Assembly (NCBI GenBank): GCA_907165135.1
Contig: CAJRAX010000007.1
Coordinates: 62,001 to 126,000, forward strand
Direction: 5' to 3'
Source: Oikopleura dioica
Lineage: Eukaryota; Animalia; Chordata
DNA: 64,000 bases
Shown here: positions 33,878-47,800 of the stretch, one piece after another
How positions within the stretch are numbered: position 1 is the stretch's first letter
How the letters are laid out: every line of letters begins with the position of its first letter
Notes under the pieces: model-generated
What the model was told of the DNA's origin: nothing
Database searches by the model: none
What the model saw: the letters and a program-made list of their open reading frames with translations, nothing else
Position numbers and translations under genes: made by a program

Positions 33878-36800
33878 ATAATGGTAGCCATTTAGGCCAG
33901 AATGAACTACCAATTATTTCAATAAATTCTAATTCACTTGCTCAGGTCGGAGATCATTTTTACGTCAATGCTTCTGTATTTAATTCTGACGTCGTTTTCT
34001 TAGTTGATACGGGTTCCCAAGTTTGTACTATACAGAAAAAAATTCGTTCCATCCGATTGTAAAATTGAAAAATCGTTTCTCCACGTCAATTCGTATAATA
34101 ATAGTCCAGTAGAAATCGAAGGAATTATAGAAGCTAAAATTATGATAAATAACGAAAATTGGGGCCGTACTTGGCTTCTCGTGGTTCCAAATAATTTTAC
34201 GTCGATCTTAGGCTCTAATTTTTTGGAAGGAAACAATGTTCTTCTCAATCTAAAACGTCGAAAAATGATTCAAGCAGGCCCAATCGAACGTCATACGCAT
34301 CTCGTTTCTAATTCAAAGGCCCCAAATATCGCTTCTGTTTCTGATATTAATAATTGTTACAATGCTGTCTCTACTCAATCGTTTACGTTTAAAGCAAAAA
34401 CCGAAACACTAATGGATTTGGAAGTAATCGGGCTAGATAAATCGTGTTCCTTGTTACTTGATGAGAGTGCGTTGAAAGGATCAAAATTGGAGATTATTCC
34501 TTCAATACAAACTGTGGATAAAGATGAAAAACGCTTCACAATCTTAGTCATAAATTCAACTGACGCTAGTATAAAAATTCCTCGAGGTACAGTCTTCGCT
34601 AAATTGCAGCAAGCGGCTCAAATTTCAAATGTCGGTGCTAGTAGTTCTCAAACCTTTGAATCAATTTTGAGTAAAATAAAAATCGGAGACATTCCAGCTG
34701 AATATGTGGAAGAATTTTTTGACCTTCTTCGCCAGTATCTATTCCTTTTTCTTGATGAAGATGATTGCTTGCCTCCTGCAAAAATTGGTGAATTCTCTAT
34801 TAACACGGGCGATCATCCGCCAGTTTGTTCCGCACCGTATCGGACAGCATACAGTTTGAGACCCGTTCTTAAAAACATTTTGGACGTCTACGAAAACCAC
34901 GGAACAATCGAAAAATCAAATAGTCCTTGGAATAGCCCCTTGCTTTTAGTAGCTAAAAAGTCTGGTGATTGGAGGCTTGTGATAGATTTTCGAAAGTTGA
35001 ACGCAGTTACAGTCCAAGCTAATTATCCACTTCCGAACCTTGAAGATTCGCTAAATTATCTCGCCGATAGTTCTATTTATAGCGTTGTCGATTTGTTCAA
35101 AGGTTTCCATCAGCTTCCGATCGAGGAGTCATCGAAGGAGAAAACCGCGTTTTCATGTGAATTCGGGCAGTACCAATTCAAAAGGATGCCTATGGGAACG
35201 CGGAATTCTCCTTCACATTTTGCTCGAGTAATGGATCAAGTTCTAGAGGGTATTCCAAGAACAGCCATAACCGCATATTTAGACGATCTTATTGTTCATG
35301 CTCCTGATTTTCGAACTCATCTGGATAATTTGAAAAAATTGTTTAAAACTCTTGCTGTCTATTCGCTAAGATTAAACGCTCGTAAAGCGGTCTTCTGTGT
35401 AAAAAAGGTTGTTTTTCTTGGATTCGAAGTCAAGAATGGTTGTATACGACCATCGCAATCAAGAGTGGAAGCAATTCGTGAGAGAGGAATCCCGAGAGAC
35501 AGAGACGAAGCGATAAGTTTATTTGGGGCACTTTCGAGCCATAGACGTTTTATCGAAAATTTCGCAGAGATTGCGTTGCCAATCTCAAAAACTTATCGTG
35601 GAAGATTTTCTTGGACAGATGAAGCGACAGAAGCGCTAGAAAATCTTAAAAATATAATTTGCAAAAAAGCTTTGGAACTTTCTCTTCCAAAGAAAAATTG
35701 CCGTTTCGTTGTTGAGTCAGATGCTTCAGATTCTGGCTACGGTGGCTGTTTGTCTATTTGTACTACTCCCCTTCTTCTGCATGATCATAATGAAAATTGT
35801 CTACGTCCTATCGCTTATCATTCAGCGAATTTTTCCGATTGTCAAAAACGCTACGTGACCGTCGAAAAAGAGCTTTTTAGCGGCATGTCTTGCATGGAGC
35901 GTTGGGCCCCATATCTCTTGTTTACTGAGTTTGACTGGATCGTCGATAATAGCTGTCTCAAATTCATTAATACACTCAAAACGCAAAATCGCAAAATTCA
36001 GAGATGGATAGCGAATATCCAAAGTTTTAATTATAAACCGATTCAAAAACGATCTCGGGATATGAAAATAAGCGATTACCTTAGCCGACCAAATAATTTC
36101 GCGGAGAAACCTCAAATCAACCAAATTTCCTTCTCGGAAAAAGACTTTATTCATTTTCAAAAATTAGATCCTATTTTGGAGCAGATTTTTAAATTTATCA
36201 ACATAAATCGATGGCCTAACTCAACGTCTGATTCCAAGCTCGCTTTTTACCGTTTGTACCGCGATAAATTTGTTATTCAAAAGGATGGCTCTCTTACGCT
36301 TGTTGATCTTCTTGGAAAAACCCGAATTTGCGTTCCGGACGCGCTTGAGAATGAATTAATTTCAAATTATCATGTTAACTCAGGCCATGACGGCATGGAT
36401 ATTTGTTTGCAGAAGCTGTCAACAAAATATATTTGGCCAAATATGCGCGAATCTATTTCTGAATTTATAAGACGCTGTGTTCACTGTCAGACTTGTAAGC
36501 CAAATACTCATCCAAATCGTCCTCCGCAGGGAAAAAGTGAAACTCCTTCGGCCCCATTTCAAAATTTTGCTATCGATTTGATTGGCCCACTTCGCCCAAC
36601 TGACAATGGCAATCAGTATTGTTTGACTGCGATTGATCTTTTTTCAAAAAAAGTTTACGCTGAGCCTTTGACATCAAAAACAAAAATTGAAGTATTAGAA
36701 AAATTCAAGCGCATTATTTTTACGATCCCACATATGCCAGAAGGAGTGCTAAGCGATAATGGCGGTGAATTTTCGGCAGTTGCGAAATTTTTAATGGAAA

Positions 36801-38682
36801 AAGGAGTAAAACATAAACTAAGCCCACCGCGACATCCACAATCTAACGGTTGTATCGAAAACGCTAATCGTACTATAAAATCACGTCTTCGAGCAAGTTG
36901 CAATATGAATAACTGGGACTTGTTTCTTTATCAAGCGATTCACGGAATAAATAGCAGTGTTCATTCCGTTTCTAAGTTTAGCCCTTTTCAAATTGAGACA
37001 GGACTTGCGGAAGCCCATAATCCTAACGACCCGCTTTTTCGTAAATACGGTCAAAGAATTAATATTGCTTTCGATGAAATTAAAGAAAAAATTGATAAGG
37101 AAAAAACAACGAGGTTGGAAAAATTTAAAAATGATAAATTTATTGAATACGAGATTGGTCAAAAAGTTTTGATTAAAAATTTTAACGCTTCGTATCCGCC
37201 CTTTATTGGACCATATACAATTACAAATAAATCCCCGACTGGCACTTGGTATGACCTCAAAAATTTAAAAACGGGTAGGGAATACAGAAGACACGGAATT
37301 GATATGCGAAAGTTCTATGAGCCCCTGGTCGAGCCTGGAAATTTTTTGAATAATGAAACGCGCAAAATCAGTAATTCCAACCTTGAAACTTGTTCTGGAA
37401 TTCCTGTTTTTCAACCAAAATTTGGACTAGAATTAGAATCTGAGAATGAAAATATAGGTTGTTTTTCAGCCGTTTACCCAGAAAAACGTTCGATTGAGCA
37501 AAGTCCTCATTCAATAAACCAAGAGCTTTCAAATGAAGCGAATTCATGTGAGGAAATTGCCCAGTCCGGTCCCGAGATTTCTCAAAATGACAATTTTTCT
37601 GAATGCAAAAGTTCATCGGAGTCGGAATCTTCGGAATCTATGGCCAAAGCGCAAAGCACAAGCTCAGATTCAACCTTTGAAATTGATCAGAATATTCCTG
37701 CCCCGATGGACCCACTTCTTAAACTAAAAACACCAAAAAGACCCGAATCATGTAGACCAAAATCCGCTAAAAAATTAACCGATTTTTCTGATAATTCCGA
37801 AATAGATCATGAGTCGGAACTCAGACCTTTCGAAGTGGAAGACGCTGAGGTAGATAACATATCAAAAAATGACACTTTGGCGTCTCCCATTCCGAATGGT
37901 AATATTTTTCATGTGGTAAAAACGCCCGATAGTAGTCCTGCAAAAAACCATTCGAGTTTAGATAATCATAATTTAGAGCACATAACTGAAACCGAGACTC
38001 GACTAAATATTGAAAATAACACGCCCGATTTAACAAGTTTTGACGAATTAAACGTTAGTCATAATCCACTAAAACGCGTTCGAGAATCTTCTAAAGACTC
38101 CATTTCAACACCACAGAAAGTACATATTTTGGACAGCAATAATTTTGAAATAGCTCTTCAAACGAAAGAAAATTCCCTGATATTAACAATATGGATTTTT
38201 CGATTCAGATAAAATTGGAAAATGAAAATCAAGAGTTGTTTGAATTGTTCGAAGCTAAATACGAGCAGATCAAACAAAATATGGCTGTAGAAAGAGGAAT
38301 TTTTTGTAAACTGAGCGAATTGTCGATTCTTATGCTCAGATTCATTAGTCATAAATTCAAACTAAATGATAACAATGAAAACGCAGCTGAATTACGAATA
38401 AAAATAAGGGATCACATCAACAAAAATTTTGCCAACTGGAAAAAATCATCGAATGGAGAATATCTATTTTATGGTGTTTTCATGGTTCTAAAACCGACTA
38501 AACTTAGCGATTTAAATAAAACAGAGCTGAAGGCTCTTGCGGTTTTTTATAATATTCAAAATATTTTTCATCTTCGCAAAGCCGAAATGGAGGCCATAAT
38601 CGAATAATATTTTTCCAGCAATTTTCCAAATCATGAGCGAGTTGATAATGAGCTTTTATTTAGTCCTGACACGGAAGTATAA
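33868..38682 (+). CDS. pol: Pol, family C copy 2 (nearly intact; homopolymer shifts ~34035 and ~38175; TAA at 38605)
   Basis: 1402-aa ORF with PR (part)-RT-RH-IN. Confidence 0.92.
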
Positions 38683-38807
38683 ATTTTTCTTTCGCTAGGG
38701 TAGCTCGAGACAGAAGTTATTTTAATCATCTTTTAAGAGAATTATACCGTTGATCACTGTCAAAAAAAAAGGAAGAAAAATAGTTCCAGACCCGTAAGTG
38801 GTCACAG

Positions 38808-40217
38808 TGATACAATAGTGAAAAAATAAGGATAAAAAAAAAATTAATTCTATAATTCTTTTCACGGTTAAAATAAACTTCAAAGCCAGTCTCAAGATAC
38901 TCTCCCCAAAAGTCACGATACTGTAAAAAGATAGCGTTTAATATCGCTCAAACCTTCTCCTCACGGTCAAATCATAATTCACTTGTAAATGATATGCTTG
39001 CGCTCATACGTTCAATCAGTGCTAGAACCATTATTGAACCTCTATGACAAGCGAGCTATCGATCGTTGGCTCTTCTGGAAAATGCTCTCATTATTTCAAT
39101 CGGTTCGGGATTAAAATAAGCGGTTCTTCAGTCTAGGCATAATTTACACGTACGCGTGTGTTGATAAAAACTGTACATATTATTCGGTAACTATTTCATC
39201 CTAGCCGCTTATTCCCATTGTTTTATTGCTTCAAAAAATTTCAAAATTGCTCTCATCTGCATGAAAAAAAAATCCGTTTTGCATGATCCAAATTTCATAT
39301 TGAATATGCTCTTTATTATTATTCGAGAATAATTATTGCGCGCATGATTATTAAATTCGCATTTATTCGCTCAATTATAATCCCTCGCTGTTCGAGGATT
39401 TATTCTCTTGATTCTAGTCTCATTACTGCACGATCTGACGACAACAACGACGAATGCGAGTTCTACCGCCTCGCCAACTCTTCAAAGACGACTTCAAAAG
39501 GCACTCCTGGGCGAGCCGGATGGCAAGCTTCTACAGCTGCAGATACTGGAGATCTTCGAGGTTCCTTATCTCCGATAAGGCTTGACGCAAAGTAATGAGT
39601 CCAATGAACCGCGTCAGTAACTGCCCGAAGGTGAGCCGAAGTACTTTTTCATATTTATACGCATTTATTTTAATCTGTAATAATCTTTTAATTTAACTGT
39701 AATGCTTAATTTATTTGTTCTCTCTTTTCTCGTTGTTATAATGATTAACTGGCCTAATTATTATAATCATCTTCATTTGTGCTTTTTATTTACTTTGTTT
39801 TAAAATCTTTTCTATAATCCTGGAACGACTCAGCAGCGCAATACGCTTATTGGCGCCTTTAAACCCTTCACCTGTTCGCTCTTTAAAACGAAAAATTGCT
39901 TCGAGAACCCGGCTCAAGCTCAAGAAAAATGATCTGAAAAGATCGCAAAAATATTCATCCGGATGAACTTCAGCGAACTGTTTATTTTCAATTCATGAAA
40001 ATCATGCTTTATTTGCGTGCGCCTATTATTATGTTTTTGTTTACGAATTGCAGCTGCGCTAAAAGATGCATTTCGCTCACCGCCAAAATATCCTCAGACT
40101 TACAATAAACTCCCAACAAGCGAAAGCTTTCAATTTTTATCGAATTATTTGCAGGGAAAATTAATTAGTGTTAGAAAAATTTTAATTGCAATCAACGAAG
40201 AGACCTCGATTGTATCA
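38808..40217 (+). repeat. LTR3 of element C
   Basis: Near-identical to LTR1/2; followed by TSD CTGAA. Confidence 0.95.
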
Positions 40218-41240
40218 CTGAAAACGCCAAAAACGCATCAGAATTTATATTTATTTTTCTTTATTTTTATGAACTGTAAATCATCTGAAAACGCAAAAAA
40301 CGCATCAGAATTTTTATTTTTTTTTTTTTTTATTTTTATGAACTGTAAATCATCTTAAAACGCAAAAAAACGCATCAGAATTTATATTTATTTTTTTTTT
40401 ATTTTTATGAACTGTAAATCATCTGAAAACGCCAAAAAACGCATCAGAATTTTTTTAATTTTTTTTTTTTTATTTTTATGAACTGTAAATTATCTGAAAA
40501 CGCCAAAAAACGCATCAGAATTTTTTAATTTTTTTATTTTTATGAACTGTTAATCATCTAAAAACGCCAAAAAACGCATCAGAATTTTTCTTAATTTTTT
40601 CGATTTTTTAAACTGTCAATTATCTGAAAACGCCAAAAAATGCATCAGAATTTTTATTAATTTTTTTTTTATTTTTATGAATTGTAAATCATCTAATACG
40701 GCAAAAAACGCATCAGAATTTTTCTCAATTTTTTTATTATTTTTATGAACTGTAAATCATCTGAAAACGCAAAACAACGCATCAGAATTTTGATTAATTT
40801 TTTATGAACTGTAAATCATCTGAAAACGCCAAAAACGCATCAGAATTTTTTATTTTTTATTTTTATGAACTGTAAATCATCTGAAAACGCCAAAAAACGC
40901 ATCAGAAATTTTCTTAATTTTTTCGATTTTGAACTGTAAATTATCTGAAAACGCCAAGAAACGCATAAGAATTTTTTAATTTTTTATTTTTATGAACTGT
41001 AAATCATCTGAAAACGCCAAAAAACGCATCAGAATTTTTCTTTATTTTTGATTTTTGAACTGTTAATTATCTAAAAACGCCAAAAACGCATCAGAATTTT
41101 TTAATTTTTGTTTTTATTTTTGAACTGTAAATCATCTGAAAACGCCGAAAAACGCATCAGAATTTTTCTTAATTTTTTTCGATTTTTTTGAGCTGTAAAT
41201 TATCTGAAAACGCCAAAAAACGCATCAGATTTTTTTTTAA
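40218..41240 (+). repeat. Main satellite array (last plus-oriented block)
   Basis: Same monomer. Confidence 0.96.
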
Positions 41241-41320
41241 TTTTTTTAAAAAAATTTTAAAATAATTTAATTTTATATAAATTTACTTTAATTATTAATT
41301 TTATTAATAATTTAAAAATT
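41241..41320. other. Almost pure A/T junction where the satellite inverts
   Basis: ~80 bp with a single C; satellite reads + before and - after. Confidence 0.8.
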
Positions 41321-41930
41321 TGATGCGTTTTTTGGCGTTTTCAGATGATTTACAATTCATTAAAATAAAAAAAAAAATTAAAAAAAAATTCTGATGCGTT
41401 TTTTGGCGTTTTCAGATGATTTACAGTTCAAAAATCGAAAAAATTAAGAAAAATTCTGATGCGTTTTTTGGCGTTTTCAGATGATTTACAATTCATAAAA
41501 ATAAAAAAATTAAAAAAAATTCTGATGCGTTTTTTGGCGTTTTCAGATGATTTACAATTCATAAAAATAAAAAAAAAATAAAAAAAAATTCTGATGCGTT
41601 TTTTGGCGTTTTCAGATGATTTACAGTTCAAAAAAATCGAAAAAAATTAAGAAAAATTCTGATGCGTTTTTTTGGCGTTTTAGATAATTTACAGCTCAAA
41701 AAAATCGAAAAAAATTAAGAAAAATTCTGATGCGTTTTTTGGCGTTTTCAGATGATTTACAGTTCAAAAAAATAAAAACAAAAATAAAAAAAAATTTCTG
41801 ATTCGTTTTTTGGCGTTTTTAGATAATTAACAGTTCAAAAAATCAAAAAAAATTAAGAAAAATTCTGATGCGTTTTTTGGCGTTTTCAGATGATGTACAA
41901 TTCATAAAAATAAAAAAAAAATTAAAAAAC
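41321..41930 (-). repeat. Main satellite, inverted
   Basis: ATTCTGATGCGTTTTTTGGCGTTTTCAGATGATTTACAGTTC units. Confidence 0.95.
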
Positions 41931-44850
41931 ATTCTGATGCGTTTTTACGCGTTTTTTAGACGATGTTTAGTTCATAAAAATCGCGAAAACATTCTAATGC
42001 GTTTTTTCGCGTTTTTAGATGATGTTTGGTTCATCAAAATCGCAAAAATATTCTGATGCGTTTTTTCGCGTTTTTAGACGATGTTTATTTCATAAAAATC
42101 GCGAAAATATTATAATGCGTTTTTTCGCGTTTTGAGACGATGTTAAGTTCATAAAAATCGCGAAATTATTCTGATGCGTTTTTTCGCGTTTTTAGACGAT
42201 GTTTAGTTCATAAAAATCGCGAAAACATTCTTATGCGTTTTTACGCGTTTTTAGACGATGTTTAGTTCAAAAAAATCGCGAAAATATTCTGATGCGTTTT
42301 TTCGGATTTTCAGACGATGTTCGGTTCATCAAAATCGCAAAAATATTCTGATGCGTTTTTTCGCGTTTTTAGACGAAGATAAGTTCATCAAAATCGCGAA
42401 AATATTCTGATGCGTTTTTTCGCGTTTTTAGACGATGTTAAGTTCATAAAAATCGCGAAAATATTCTGATGCGTTTTTACGCGTTTTTAGACGATGTTTA
42501 TTTCATAAAAATCGCGAAAATATTCTGATGCGTTTTTTCGCGTTTTTAGACGATGTTAAGTTCATCAAAATCGCGAAAATATTCTGATGCGTTTTTCGCG
42601 TTTTTAGACGATGTTTAGTTCATAAAAATTGCGAAAACATTCTAATGCGTTTTTTCGCGTTTTTAGACGATGTTGAGTTCATAAAAATCGAGAAAAACAT
42701 TCTGATGCGTTTTTTTTTTGCGTTTTAAGACGATGTTTAGTTCATAAAAATCGCGAAAATATTCTGATGCTTTTTTTCGCGTTTTTAGACGATGTCTAGT
42801 TCATAAAAACGCGAAAATATTCTGATGCGTTTTTTCGCGTTTTGAGACGATGTTTGGTTCATCAAAATCGCAAAAATATTCTGATGCGTTTTTTCGCGTT
42901 TTTAGACGATATTTAGTTCATCAAAATCGCAAAAATATTCTGATGCGTTTTTTCGCGTTTTTAGACGATATTTAGTTCATAAAAATCGCAAAAATATTCT
43001 GATGCGTTTTTCGCGTTTTGAGACGATGTTAAGTTCATAAAAATCGCGAAATTATTCTGATACGTTTTTTCGCGTTTTTAGACGATGTTTAGTTCATAAA
43101 AATCGCGAAAATATTCTGATGCGTTTTTCGCGTTTTTAGACGATGTAAAGTTCATAAAAATCGCGAGAACATTCTAATGCGTTATTTCGTGTTTTAAGAC
43201 GATGTTTATTCAATGAAAATCGCGAAAACATTCTGATGCGTTTTTACGCGTTTTAAGACGATGTTTAGTTCATTAAAATCGCGAAATTATTCTGATGCGT
43301 TTTTCGCGTTTTTAGACGATGTTAAGTTCATAAAAATCGCGAAAACATTCTAATGCGTTATTTCGTGTTTTAAGACGATATTTATTTCATAAAAATCGCG
43401 AAAACATTCTGATGCGTTTTTACGCGTTTTTTAGACGATGTTTGGTTCATCAAAATCGCATAAATATTCTGATGCGTTTTTTCGCGTTTTAAGACGATGT
43501 TTATTTCATAAAAATCGCGAAAACATTCTGATGCGTTTTAACGCGTTTTTTAGACGGTGTTTAGTTCATAAAAATCGCGAAAACATTCGTATGCGTTTTT
43601 TCGCGTTTTTAGACGATGTTTGGTTCATCAAAATCGCAAAAATATTCTGATGCGTTTTTTCGCGTTTTTAGACGATGTTTATTTCATAAAAATCGCGAAA
43701 ATATTATGATGCGTTTTTTCGCGTTTTGAGACGATGTTAAGTTCATAAAAATCGCGAAATTATTCTGATGCGTTTTTTCGCGTTTTTAGACGATGTTTAG
43801 TTCATAAAAATCGCGAAAACATTCTTATGCGTTTTTACGCGTTTTTAGACGATGTTTAGTTCAAAAAAATCGCGAAAATATTCTGATGCGTTTTTTCGCG
43901 TTTTCAGACGATGTTCGGTTCATCAAAATCGCAAAAATATTCTGATGCGTTTTTTCGCGTTTTGAGACGATGATAAGTTCATCAAAATCGCGAAAATATT
44001 CTGATGCGTTTTTTCGCGTTTTTAGACGATGTTAAGTTCATAAAAATCGCGAAAATATTCTGATGCGTTTTAACGCGTTTTCAGACGATGTTTATTTCAT
44101 AAAAATCGCGAAAATATTCTGATGCGTTTTTTCGCGTTTTTAGACGATGTTTAGTTCATCAAAATCGCGAAAATATTCTGATGCGTTTTTCGCGTTTTTA
44201 GACGATGTTTAGTTCATAAAAATTGCGAAAACATTCTAATGCGTTTTTTCGCGTTTTAAGACGATGTTGAAGTCATTTAAATCGAGAAAAACATTCTGAT
44301 GCGTTTTTTCGCGTTTTTAGACGATATTTAGTTCATCAAAATCGCAAAAATATTCTGATGCGTTTTTTCGCGTTATTAGACGATATTTAGTTCATAAAAA
44401 TCGCAAAAATATTCTGATGCGTTTTTCGCGTTTTGAGACGATGTTAAGTTCATAAAAATCGCGAAATTATTCTGATACGTTTTTTCGCGTTTTTAGACGA
44501 TGTTTAGTTCATAAAAATCGCGAAAATATTCTGATGCGTTTTTCGCGTTTTTAGACGATGTAAAGTTCATAAAAATCGCGAGAACATTCTAATGCGTTAT
44601 TTCGTGTTTTAAGACGATCTTTATTTCATAAAAATCGCGAAAACAAATGTTTTAATGATCAGAATTCTGATGCGTTTTTACGCGTTTTAAGACGATGTTT
44701 AGTTCATTAAAATCGCGAAATTATTCTGATGCGTTTCTTGCGTTTTTAGACGATGTTAAGTTCATAAAAATCGCGAAAACATTCTAATGCGTTATTTCGT
44801 GTTTTAAGACGATGTTTATTTCATAAAAATCGCGAAAATATTCTGATGCG
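41931..44850 (-). repeat. 59-bp CpG-rich satellite variant island
   Basis: TTCTGATGCGTTTTTTCGCGTTTTTAGACGATGTTTAGTTCATAAAAATCGCGAAAATA, period 59 (e.g. 42361/42420), ~49 copies. Confidence 0.95.
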
Positions 44851-46507
44851 TTGGCGTATTCAGATAATTTACAATTCAAAAAAATCGAAAAAAATTAAGA
44901 AAAATTCTGATGCATTTTTTGGCGTTTTCAGATGATTCACAGTTCATGAAAATAAAAAAAATTAAAAAAATTATGATGCGTTTTTTGGCGTTTTCTGATG
45001 ATTCACAGTTCATAAAAATAAAAAAAAAAATAATAGAAATTCTGTTGCGTTTTTTGGCGTTTTCAGATAATTTACAGTTCAAAAAAATAAAAAAAAAATT
45101 AAAAAAAATTCTGATGCGTTTTTGGCGATTTCAGATAATTTACAGTTCAAAAAAATCGAAAAGAATTAAGAAAAATTCTGATGCGTTTTTTTGCGTTTTC
45201 AGATGATTTACAGTTCATAAAAATAATAAAAAAAATAAATATAAATTCTGATGCGTTTTTTTGCGTTTTAAGATGATTTACAGTTCATAAAAATAAAAAA
45301 AAAAAAAATAAAAATTCTAATGCGTTTTTTTTGCGTTTTCAGATGATTTACAGTTCATAAAAATAAAGAAAAAATAAATATAAATTCTGATGCGTTTTTG
45401 GCGTTTTCAGATGGTTTACAATTCTTAAAAATATAAAAAAAATAAAGAAAAATTCTGATGCGTTTTTTGGCGTTTTCAGATGATTTACAGTTCAAAAAAA
45501 TCGAAAAAAATTAAGAAAAATTCTGATGCGTTTTTTGGCGTTTTCAGATGATTTACAGTTCAAATAAATAAATAAAAATAAAAAAAAATTCTGATGCGTT
45601 TTTTGGCGTTTTCAGATAATTTACAGTTCAAAAAAATCGAAAAAAATCAAGAAAAATTCTGATGCGTTTTTTGGCGTTTTCAGATGATTTACAGTTCATA
45701 AAAATAAAAAAAAATTAAAAAAATTCTGATGCGTTTTTGGCGTTTTCAGATAATTTACAGTTCAAAAAATCGAAAAAATTAAGAAAAATTCTGATGCGTT
45801 TTTTGGCGTTTTCAGATGATTTACAGTTCATAAAAATATAAAAAAAAATAAAAAAAATTCTGATGCGTTTTTTGGCGTTTTCAGATGATTTAAAGTTCAT
45901 AAAAATAAAAAAAAATTTATCAAAATTCTGATGCGTTTTTTGGCGTTTTCAGATGATTTACAATTCATAAAAATAAAAAATTAAAAAAATTCTGATGCGT
46001 TTTTGGCGTTTTCAGATGATTTACAGTTCATAAAAATATAAAAAAAAATATAGAAAAATTCTGATGCGTTTTTTGGCGTTTTCAGATGATTTACAGTTCA
46101 AAAAAATCGAAAAAAATTAAGAAAAATTCTGATGCGTTTTTTTTGGCGTTTTCAGATGATTTACAATTCATAAAAATAAAAAAAAAAAATTAAAAAAAAT
46201 TCTGATGCGTTTTTTGGCGTTTTCAGATGATTTACAGTTCAAAAAAATCGAAAAAAATTAAGAAAAATTCTGATGCGTTTTTTGGCGTTTTCAGATGATT
46301 TACAATTCATAAAAATAAAAAATTAAAAAAAATTCTGATGCGTTTTTTGGCGTTTTCAGATGATTTACAGTTCAAAAAAATCGAAAAAATTAAGAAAAAT
46401 TCTGATGCGTTTTTTGGCGTTTTCAGATGATTTACAATTCATAAAAATAAAAAAAAAAAAATTAAAAAAAATTCTGATGCGTTTTTTGGCGTTTTCAGAT
46501 AATTTAC
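44851..46507 (-). repeat. Main satellite, inverted
   Basis: Same monomer, reverse complement. Confidence 0.96.
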
Positions 46508-47800
46508 TGATACGGAAGCGGCTGTCCTGCAGGAATTTTGCTCGATCTATAACTCTAGAATGCCAAGCGAAAATAACGAGAATCAAATTTAAAATTTGCT
46601 TGGTTTTATTTGTGATTTGAATGCCGGAAAAAGGCGCGACGCGGGGTTAAATAGCAGCGAGATTCAATCAGTGTTTTTGAACAAGCGGTTGTTTTTGAAA
46701 AACAATTTTTCTTTTGAAAACAAGGAAAAGAGCCCGTGGCTTTCTTTAGCGGTTTTTCTTGCGGGAAATCCTTTCGGATCGATTTCTTTTCGGATGATGA
46801 GCTGGTCGAACTTGCCAAGCAAGTTATTTTCAAAGGATTTTGAAGCCGGCGCCGCGCGTGACGAGATAAAACGCAAATTAATTTTTTTTGATAATAAAAG
46901 CAGAAAATAATAACAGCCACTAAAACTTCTCACTATGTGACCGTAGAAGTGACTGTTAATTAGGATTGAAAAATATAAAAGGATGAGAAAAGAAAAAGAA
47001 TATGTACAAAATTTTAACAAATAAATTGAATAAAATTTGGTCAGGATTTTATAAAATAAATTTATCAAAATTGAAATCATAGAAGAAGCAAATTCCAAGG
47101 AACATACCCGGGGGAAGTTACTGTCGCGGTTCGCACCGTATCTTCTCTTACGGATGAGCTAGTTTGCGACAAGCGGACGCACTGACAGAGAGTTTGTCCG
47201 ACCCCACGGCACCGAGATGATACGACGGTTTATCGGCTCGTTGGAGTAGTTGTTGTTGAAGAAGGTGTTGACGGCTATCTTGTTGTAGAAGTTGAATCGT
47301 ATGAACTGTCAATAATCGAACTTTTAAAATCGCAAAGCAATGATAAGAAATATCAATAAATAGATTAAACATGCGGTTTTGCGAATTGCATATTTTTGAT
47401 GAATGGACGTCAGATCGCACTAGAATAGTCAGAAACAAATTAAGATTTTTTCCAAAGTATGCGTACATACACATTAATCCTAGACTGAATAAACCCTTAA
47501 TTAATTTCCGACCCGTTGACTATGATGAGAGCATATGAGCATTCCAATGATAAAAGTAGAAATCGTAAAGAGATGACATGATGATAACACAATTTTGGGT
47601 CAATCTGGCTCGTAAAAACTGACCATCTTTTCATTTTGAGAAGAATATCGTGAAATGATTTTTGGAAAAATGTCTGATCAATTTGGTGATACCAAGCTGA
47701 CAAGACAAATTTAAACTAACGTAGAACCGAATTGACGTAAATATTTGGCCGTGAAATAAATTTTTTGTGTTGCTTGAGGCGTTGTTCCCGAAGGATATCA
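46508..47800 (-). mobile_element. Solo LTR of a fifth family (D) of the same lineage
   Basis: 1293 bp, TGATA...TATCA, TSD TTTAC, no coding part; shares GGTCACATAGTGAGAAG, TTTCACGGCC and the RNA motif with the other LTRs on the minus strand. Confidence 0.9.
47104..47212 (-). ncRNA. Three-way-junction RNA element in solo LTR D
   Basis: Minus strand GGGG/CCCC closing stem, CGGAC/GTCCG hairpin, TGTCGC/GCGACA stem, GTAACT junction. Confidence 0.65.

Larger units (their letters stand above)
23639..40217 (+). mobile_element. Ty3/Gypsy family C tandem dimer (LTR-internal-LTR-internal-LTR)
   Basis: Three ~1.41-kb LTRs (23639-25044, 31220-32629, 38808-40217), 9-bp terminal IR TGATACAAT/ATTGTATCA, single TSD CTGAA flanking the whole unit. 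Confidence 0.95.

Noticed and set aside
25400-38200. Additional programmed frameshifts within gag/pol
   Set aside because: All lie in homopolymers and differ between otherwise identical C copies, pointing to long-read indel errors
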